Positions 54,901 through 63,900 of a stretch of DNA of 64,000 nucleotides are shown here, piece after piece. Under the pieces are notes generated by a model. It worked only from the letters and a program-made list of their open reading frames with translations, made no database searches and was not told the origin of the DNA. Origin of the DNA: an uncultured Gammaproteobacteria bacterium (lineage in GTDB: Bacteria > Patescibacteriota > Microgenomatia > UBA10105 > UBA927); the NCBI GenBank assembly GCA_964356315.1, contig CAYHHA010000003.1:12010-76009 (forward strand), given 5' to 3'. The position numbers and the translations under genes are program-made. Positions within the stretch are counted from its first letter, which is position 1. Each line of letters starts with the position of its first letter.

Positions 54901-57900
54901 TACTACATGTACTGTGCCATCGAGCTCTACAGAAAGAGTATATTTGTTATTGATTTCGACCAAATCAAGACGATCTCCTCTTGCACTTATAACTGCTGTC
55001 CATGCCTGATTGTCGAGGCGAATGACAGTCCCATTCTGAAGAGGAATCCCACTTAATGGTTGTCCATCAAAGGTGCCAACTCTTCCACGAGAAGGCATAT
55101 TATTGATCGTAAATACACCTGTCGCGGTTCTGACTATGTTAAAGGCCTTTCCTACAAATCCAGGATCAAGCACTTTTATATTTTGATCTGAATCAGAACC
55201 AAGTGACACTTTCCATTCTCCTGTAAACGGCTTTACATCTACAATTTCCATCCCGCCATTTGCAAACAGTTTATACATGCGTTCACTTGCGGGATCATAG
55301 ACAGCCAATGTCCCTTCATACTCTCTGACAAAGTACGAAATGCCGTTATGAACGACTGTGGTGCCTTCCACAATCGGATCGCTTGCCTGATCTTCCGCTA
55401 AAGGTTTTCCATCTACAATTGCATTATTATTTTTTGGCATCACTACGAACGCACCATCTCCCCGGCGTTCTATGACAAAGACTCTGGTTCCTACATTATC
55501 CTCAATTGTCGGCCAGCTTGTAACAATTTCATTGCGAGCCAGAATTTCTGCAAGATAGCCGTCTATTGCTTTAACGAATGCGGAATTGGCTTTTATCTGA
55601 GCAAATACAGATTTGATGTCTGCTTCAGAAATATTCAAACCCTTCAATCGGTCAGCAATTTCATCTGACAGAACAGGATCTGACGAATTTTGGAAATCAG
55701 AAGAAAAATGATCACCTAAGATAGTCCGAATCTCGGTCAGCTTTTGTGCGTCAGTTAGTGCGCTATACTCTGCTACTTTCATCCCCCCATATTTTCTGGT
55801 CAGTAATACGTCGACAAGATTGGACACAATAACATCTGCTGCTTTTGCAGCATTTATATACCCCACCAATTCCTGCCAGGTTTGAACGTTGTTTATATCC
55901 AGTGGCGCCGGTCGGGTGGCTAATTTTGCCTGAAGTCTGGAAAGAGCACTTATGAGTACCTGAGAATTTTTTATCACGCTAGCAAATGGATGAACATCGG
56001 TCCATCGGGATTGAATATATTCTGCGACTGATTGCAGTGCACTGAGCTTTTCATAATTTGGCTTAGTTCTACCAACTTCTGTATCTATAGCAGCTATCAA
56101 TAATCTGACGAATGCTCGCGCTGCGCGCTGGGATGATATGAGGTTTTTCCCAAGTTCAGGAATTGCGCGGGCCAGTTCTGTGGCTTTTGTACTCCCAACA
56201 AAACTGATTAAATGTTGCCAGACACTTTTAGAATACGCATAGTCTGCTACCTGTTTTGCTTCTGCCAAAAGTGACTGTATGTTAGCCTGAATTGTTCTTA
56301 TCGCAATACGTTGGGCGGCATATACATTGCGTATGCCATCCAACTCTGTTGTGACAATATAGTCAGGTTCTAGTACCAGCCTACCTGCTACATCTCGAAC
56401 AGCAGTATCGTAGAGTGCATCAATTTTCTTTTGCAGCGCCTTTTCAAATTTGCTCAAATTTCCGGGAGTTAGAGCTGCAGAATCTTTCACTTTCGGAGGT
56501 AACTTTTTGAGTTTTGCAATCAGCTCGACGGCCTGTACAACCTCTGTTTCATTCACAGTCGCTGAGGTTAAAAGTGGTAACAGCGTTGCAATGTCACTTT
56601 TCGCCTTTTGCTCCGGTGTAGAGCTTGCGATAAAAGCAGTTCGAGCTTTTTCAGTCAAGATAGTTGTCTGGGCACCTACCCATGCCTCATAGATCGGCAA
56701 GTCAACGGTAGCTGGTTTTATCACTGCATCCCGAACTTTCGTTTCTATGATAGTGCGTGCACCCGCTTCTCCTGCACCAAATACCGCTATGCCAGCACTT
56801 ACTATCGGAGCTGTATTTGGAGGAATATTGAGTTCAGCAAGTTGAGGTTTCAGCAACGCAAGTTCATCTCCTATATATGTCTTTGGATCCGCTGATGTAT
56901 CAACACCTTTTAACAAAGTAAATTCAGATGTTAGTTTCAGTATACCTTCGGATTTGGCAAGTATATCCGTCTGCGACACTCCAGTTACGAGGCTTTCTAT
57001 GAGAGATACCCGTTCGGAAACGACCTTTGTATGAAAGGCTGACCGTTTTTCTGCTATATCTTTTGCTTTGGCTTTGATGGCGTCTGTGGCTCTGGCGATT
57101 TCTGCAGATTTTACATTAGCCGTTGAGTACGTAAATCCACCCAGAAGTGTATTTATAGCCGTTTCCACATTTCCGAGTGTCGTTAGGTTTTCATCGTAAG
57201 CGTTTTTGTTTACCAGCAACAGTGCAATTCGTTCTATTTCGCGATCTGATACTTTTTGTTTTGCATCACGGGCAACGGCCACTCTCTCTTTTAGATCGGT
57301 ATATGCGATGAGTGCTACATCTTCATCTTCTTGCAAATCCACGATTAAGACAGGAGGAATTGATAAACCAACGGCTTCCTTGTTTAGGGGGGTAATTTTA
57401 GTGATGAGATCATAATATCCTGCTGTTCTGATTTTTGCACCACCACCACCACCTCCACCAGCTCTTAATCTCGCGGTAGATATCTCTGTGAGTGGGATAA
57501 CGTATGTTTTACCTGCGCGATGGATAAAAACTCCATATCCAAGAGAAGTAATATTAGTGGGTACGGTATGTGAAAAAGATAAATTGCGACCTAACGTCTC
57601 AGAACCCTCTACCGTAACATGGACTCTACCAGTTGCCTGTGCCACGTGTATAAAACCGTAGTTAATCGTGTCGGTCGGCAAAATAGTCACTTTCTCACGT
57701 ACATCACCTTTTTCAACGGAGGGCGTTTCTCCACTGGAGGTATTACTGACTAACATCTGCACTTCATCTCCGACATTTAATTGCCCTGGAGTTGCAAGGG
57801 TTTGATTTACAGGAATTACTACCACAGGAGTTGTACCACCACCAATAGAGTTTATTTGCGCGGCCTTTTGTTTCACCCACGCTAGATACAGGGCGTTATA

Positions 57901-60900
57901 TCGCTGGTCAACTATACCGAGCTTCCCTACGATCGCTGTCTCTACTCCTAGGCCTGCTACCGGTAAACCACCAGCTGCAACCATTGTTTCCCAATCTTTT
58001 ATTTGCGCTACGATATCTTTGGCAAAAGCATCTGCGCGATCTTGCAAAACAGATACCTCAATTGTTGGAGAAATACCGGTAGTAGTAGCCGTTTTCAATA
58101 AATCTAATATTGTTTTTATAGCTGTTGGATCGGCAAGTGTTGGAGCGGTTATACCAGCTTGGATAATAGCTGGCGTATTTGCTACTACAACTGCATCCAT
58201 AGCAAGACGTAAGGCAAATAATCGCTTCGCAAGTGCAACAACGATCGCCATTTCATCGTTTACCGTTTGTGTTCGGAGTCCTGAATCAGTAATAGTCGAA
58301 TTAGCAGCAACTATCTGAGCGCGTGCATCTGCAACAAACGTATTTGTGGAAACATCTATATCAGCCAGTCCGCCAACATTTTCAGCGATTACCACTGCCT
58401 TTTTATATTGTGGAATTTTCGAAACATCGCTCGTTCCAGCTATCGATTGATCAAACGCATCGGGTGAAATAAATGCCCAGAATCCACCAGGAGTAAAAGA
58501 AATTCTTATAGCATCAAATATCCACAATGCCATATTTCCCAAAAATTCTGTGATCGCTAGAGGAAGCGGAACAAATTGTTTCCAAAGGAATGCGCCACCA
58601 GTGACACCCCGAGTCAGATAATACGATGGGTTAGCTCCGGGCGTTGCAGTAAGTAATTTTATAACCCACGAAATAAATTTATTGGGCGTGGTTGGATTAT
58701 GTATCCAAAGACCTCGTTGTAAATCATTAAGCTGTGACCACTGAGGTGGATCCTGAAACGGTGACAAGTACGATAGCACTGTTTTCGCTTTGCTAGGAAG
58801 CCACGTGACCGCATCTAATTTTGTAGTTGTTACGACGCGAGCTGGAGCATTTGCCCAATAATCTATTTGTCGCAGCACATCCATCGCAGGAAGCCACCAA
58901 TTTCCAGATACAATAGCAGATGCTCGAGTTCCGAGAAAAATTACAGTTTTAACGATAAAATGCACATTTTTCACAGTTGCGTTACCAACAGGTATACTGC
59001 GTCCGAAAGTTGGAAGTACGGTTTCATATGCCACAAGTGCGAATTGCTTCCACCCTGTCTCAGGCATTCGCTCTATATAGCGTCTCGATTCATTCATGAC
59101 AGCTACTGCTACACCTCTGAATCCACCACCCAGCATGTACCATCCAGCTATTCGGTTTGCCCCCTGTAATACTTGTGTCACTTTTGTTCCATTCGACTGT
59201 GATGCGTTGACATCAGAAGACACCCCAGAAGAGAGAACATATTTTATATACCCAGTCGGAGATTTCGAGGTAGTGCTTGGTGTCATGACATATCCAATAG
59301 ACCCGAGAAGTAGTGAGATTCCTCCAAATACGGCAAATACTTTATTGATTGACCAGACTGCCTTTGTCGCAACCTCTGAGGACGCTACCGCTTCAGTTGC
59401 GGTTACCGTTGCGACAGCTCCCCCAGCTCCCGCGATCGCTCCGATTCCCGCTACAACTAATGCTCCGACCGCCAGTGCGATTATTCCTGCTACCCATCTT
59501 GGCAGAGAAATATTTGAACTCACTGGAGCACTAAACCATGTGCCAACATCTTTGAGCGCAGGCACCACTGTATTCGTAAACCAGTTTGATTTCGCAGGCG
59601 CCTGTGCGGGAGTGATTGAACTCACAGTAAACTGTGCGCCTCGGGCGTTTAGATTTGAACTGAGCACTATCCGAGTCCCATCAAAATCAACGACATCATC
59701 TTTTTTCAACTCAAACAAAGCCGTAGATGTAACATTTACAGGCCTGTTATTTATCAGTAAAGTTTCACTTCCCGATGCGGGGCCAACTTTTGCAACCATT
59801 CGGCCACCCACTTGTTCAACTAATACTTGAATTTTATCTGCTGGATCTCTTCCCGTAGTCAATCCATTTGTATTTGACATCCAGAATAGATCATTAGTCT
59901 TTACTAAGACATCTTTTGTCACAAAGCTAGACACTGTTACTTTCGTAATCACATTATGCATCCCTGCCCCTATGTCTTTTGCCTGATATGTTATTAGATT
60001 TCCTGCCACGTCGATGGTTATCGATGAGCCATCTGTGGCAATAGCGGTCACCTTCCCAGTTTGTTTTTGACCATAGATAAATGAACTTGGTGTTACCGTA
60101 ATAGTTTCTCCAATAACAATTGGAGCGCCATTTTTGTCTAAAATTGGAGCTACAGCTGGAATGACTGGAACTGATACTGGAGCAACACGCACCATTTCAT
60201 CATCAATATGCTTGGTAATACCATTTACGATAGCTTGTATTTTTGTTGGATCAGTTATTGTTTTTGTCGCTAATACCTTGGCAACTTCGGCCTCTAATGC
60301 CGTATGAGCAGCCGTGGCATCCTGCCCCGCCGTCTTGATAATCTCATAATTCATAGCAATATGCGCAAGCGCTGTCACATCAACACCTGGCGCTCCTTGT
60401 GCAACAAGTAAAGAAGAAAGCTCTGCTGCTACTATCGGCAAATATACTTTCACTGCCGAATTCATCCTTGTTTTTGAGTCATTCTTAGCCGTATCCGAGT
60501 CAGATTTTTCAATTGGCGTTTGATTTGGTGTCGTAATGTTAGTCAAACGACCCGCGACATCTTTATCGACCGCTCCTTTTTGACCTGATAAATCCTCAAC
60601 GGTAAAATCGATTGATGGAATAGGAATTGGCGTACCTATTAATGGAACGCCGTTAATTTTAAATCTCGCTTCCAGTTTCATAGTGGTCGTTACTCCATTT
60701 ATCACAACAGGTATTTCATCTCCAATAGAGAACATCTTCTGTTTTTGTATGGTCGCTTGCGTTCTACTATTTGCTAAATAATCCAAATTTAATGCAGTAA
60801 TTGCAATCACCCGTTGAACTCTGTTTGCAGTCGCTTTGACACCATCTGCTATGGTTGCACTGCGCTTAGCAGATTCTATGGCTGGATGAGAAGCACGCGC

Positions 60901-63900
60901 AACAGGTGGTGTTCCTAAGCTTCCATCAATATCTGTGGTTGATCGAGGCGTTTCTCTGGATGTGGCGCCCAAGTCACGCATTTGAATCGGCTCACCTCGG
61001 AACACATCTTGATCAAACAATGCTTTTTTAGTCGCCGTTTCCATAGAACGGATAGAATTAACATATTGATCCAGGCTCTTTACCTCATTAAGTGGCGTAA
61101 ACTTTGCTCCTGGTTCTGGCGAATTAGTAAGCAATTCTTGTCCATAGGATATTCTCTCGCGGCTGACTCGCTCATAATATACTTGTTTCACTTCAGGCGG
61201 GAGTAGTTTGAAGAATTTGTTATTTGAAGGGATGAGTTCAATACCACGTAGAAATGAATGAACTCGATTGATGGTCGCTAGTATATCTGCCGCACCTTTT
61301 GTACTTCCTCCACCGAGGGAATAATTTAAATCCGTCACTTGCCTGGCGTCCGCCATAAGTTGTTCTATGAATATCTTTGTTGTTGCGTATTCGGTTGTAT
61401 TAAATCCAGTGATTAACCGTCGTGCATTCATAGAATCCATAGCCTGATACATGGAGGCCAGTGTATCTCCGATCAAATTATCCGCCACTCGTTTGACTGC
61501 GGAGAGCTGACTGCGGGCAATAAGATCTGTTTCATTTTTATTTAGGAATTCCCGAAGCGTCGTCTGATTGGTGAAGGATGTGCCAATACCCACAATGTCC
61601 AATTCTGAATATCCGTCAAATCGTCCTCGATCACGACCTATTGCTTGGGAGAGCTCTGTCATTGTGGTGTCTTTTCCTGCGATAACCGTAAACTTTTCGC
61701 CAAATTTCGTCACTGAATCAACCCCCTTATGCATGCCGTACTCATAGACAGTGATAACTTTTTTACCTTTATTTGACCCACTGCGATACGTCTCGACTAA
61801 TGCGTCTAGCTCTGCGAGGTCTTTTATTTCCGTTCTCGTGCCATCTTTGGCGATTCTATAATGCTTCAAATTCGCATCGCGTACGATAATGTCCATTTCG
61901 GTGTGCTGTGACCGAATTCGACTTATAAGATCCAAGCTTGATCGTTCACCAGTTGCAATGACGACATGCTGAATATCTCCTCCTTTGATTTGAGTTGCGA
62001 AATCTCCATATGATGCCGATACAACTTTTGATATAGCATGTTGTGATGTGTATGTTTTACCGTCAAATACACCACCAAATATAAATGTATCCTGACTGAT
62101 TCCACCCACACCCATGTCGATGCCATAAATATTTTTAAACTGTTCCGCGACATATTTTGGCGTACCGGTAAAGCCGAATATTTCTGTGAAGTTTTTAAGG
62201 AAGGTGGCATAGTTTGTGGATGTGGCCGATGCAGTGATTGAGATGGCATTTACATCAACCGGCCCAAGCTTCGTGCCATTATGATACGTTGGTACTCCGT
62301 TATATACCTCTGTGCCGATCACTTCGAGGGCCAGTGCATCGTAGCCTTTACTCGGCGTGCGACCGGATATTTGATTTTCCTCGGCAAGCACTATTCGCCC
62401 ATCGCCATTCCTATAATGCACGCCATATTCTTTGGCAATAATATCTACGATTGATTCTGCTGCTGTTTTGCGTTCAAAAAAATCTGTCCGCATTTGTGTA
62501 AGCGCTTCTCTGGCAACTCCTGGGATTTCTGTTTTTTCTAATAATTCACCCAGCTTTGTTTGGTAGTCTTTACCTGTCTTACCCGCAAGCTCACGAGCTA
62601 TATACTCTTGAACCTTTGCTTTTGATGCAGGGTCCGTCATTTTTTCTACTGATTGTTTTAATAATTGTTCATACAATTTGCTTTGCACGCCATCGTCAAC
62701 AATCCTCCCCTGTTCTCCTGTGCGCGCTTCTGTTTTCAGTAGATTTCTTGCGCCATCCAAATCTCCACGTTTTATCAAATCTATAGCGTCTTTAATGAGA
62801 GATTCACCTTTTGTCACTTCATTGAATACCGATATTTGTGTTTTTCCACGTAAAGTTGAGCCTAAATTGGAGCGCTCACCATGGGACATCACATAATCTA
62901 CTTCCAACCGAAGAGATAACTGAGCCTCATCAGCTAGAAGCACTCCACCCTTCATTTTTTCCATGATGGCATACCCCTCTACCCCCTTGATGGATTCGAA
63001 AATGACATCTTTAGTCGTGAGTATAATTCTGGCATCAGCAAGCTCTGATGCTGTGCGTGGGCGCTGACCCTCGAAAATTGCGACCTTTTCGCCAAACACT
63101 TTTGAAAGCACCGCTTCTGCTTCATGAAGTTGCTTTGGGGTCAACTCTGATAGTGACTTCCCTTGTGGCAAATCAACATAATTTTCGATAAACAATCTCA
63201 ACTGTGCTTTATCACTTAAGACCGATGTCACCACTTTCCCTGTAACTTTTGCTTTCATGACAGCGATTTCAGGGATCAGCATAGTTGTTTTCCCGATGCC
63301 TGTGAGTGCTTCAAATAAAATACCCCGTTTCCCAACCTCGACTGTCATAGCTTTTAGAACGACGGAGGCTTGGTTTTTCAGCCCACCCTCAAATCCTCGA
63401 AGCGCGGATATCGACATATCACGCACTGGTACAAGCGTACCTCCTTCACCTGGAGTCAGAGTGATATAGGTTGATTCTCCTGCTTTTGTCGCTTTTTCAA
63501 ATACCACTTTTTGTCCGTTAACTGTGAATTCATATTTCCCGTCCAGTTGGCTTTTGAGAAGTTCTGCGACGTGTTTCCCAACACTTCGATCAGTGGCCGC
63601 TCGAATTGTGGGATCCAACCCGGTAACCGTTTCCGGCGTCGTAGCACCGAGTTTTTTGAACGATAATTCTGTTGGAACGTTTTTCCCTAGTATCGAATCA
63701 ATCTTCGCATCGACACTCACAAAAGAAGATAACTTTCCTTCTTTATGTGTTTCGAGGCGCACTTCATACTCAGCCATTTCCTTGTTCAACGTGTCGATGA
63801 TACGGTCGGATAGTTTGAATTTATTTAGGGATGATCCATCAGAAACATGGAATCGAGTTTCGGTTTTTAACACCCCATCGGCAAGCTGTAAATCTGCCGT

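Noticed and set aside
54780-55500. FHA domain upstream of the PP2C-like domain (…FTINNMPSRGRVGTFDGQPLSGIPLQNGTVIRLDNQAW…)
   Set aside because: It lacks the conserved Gly-Arg…Ser…His…Asn-Gly FHA signature spacing; this is only a superficial β-rich resemblance.
59096-59830. 244-aa + strand ORF (Ala/Pro-rich) and dozens of other 60–180-aa + strand ORFs across 1–24.4 kb and 28–64 kb
   Set aside because: They lie antisense to, or out of frame with, the unbroken giant minus-strand frames. Their composition mirrors the coding strand (for example the Ala/Pro-rich ORF is the reverse complement of the Gly/Ala TM helices). They have no independent signals.
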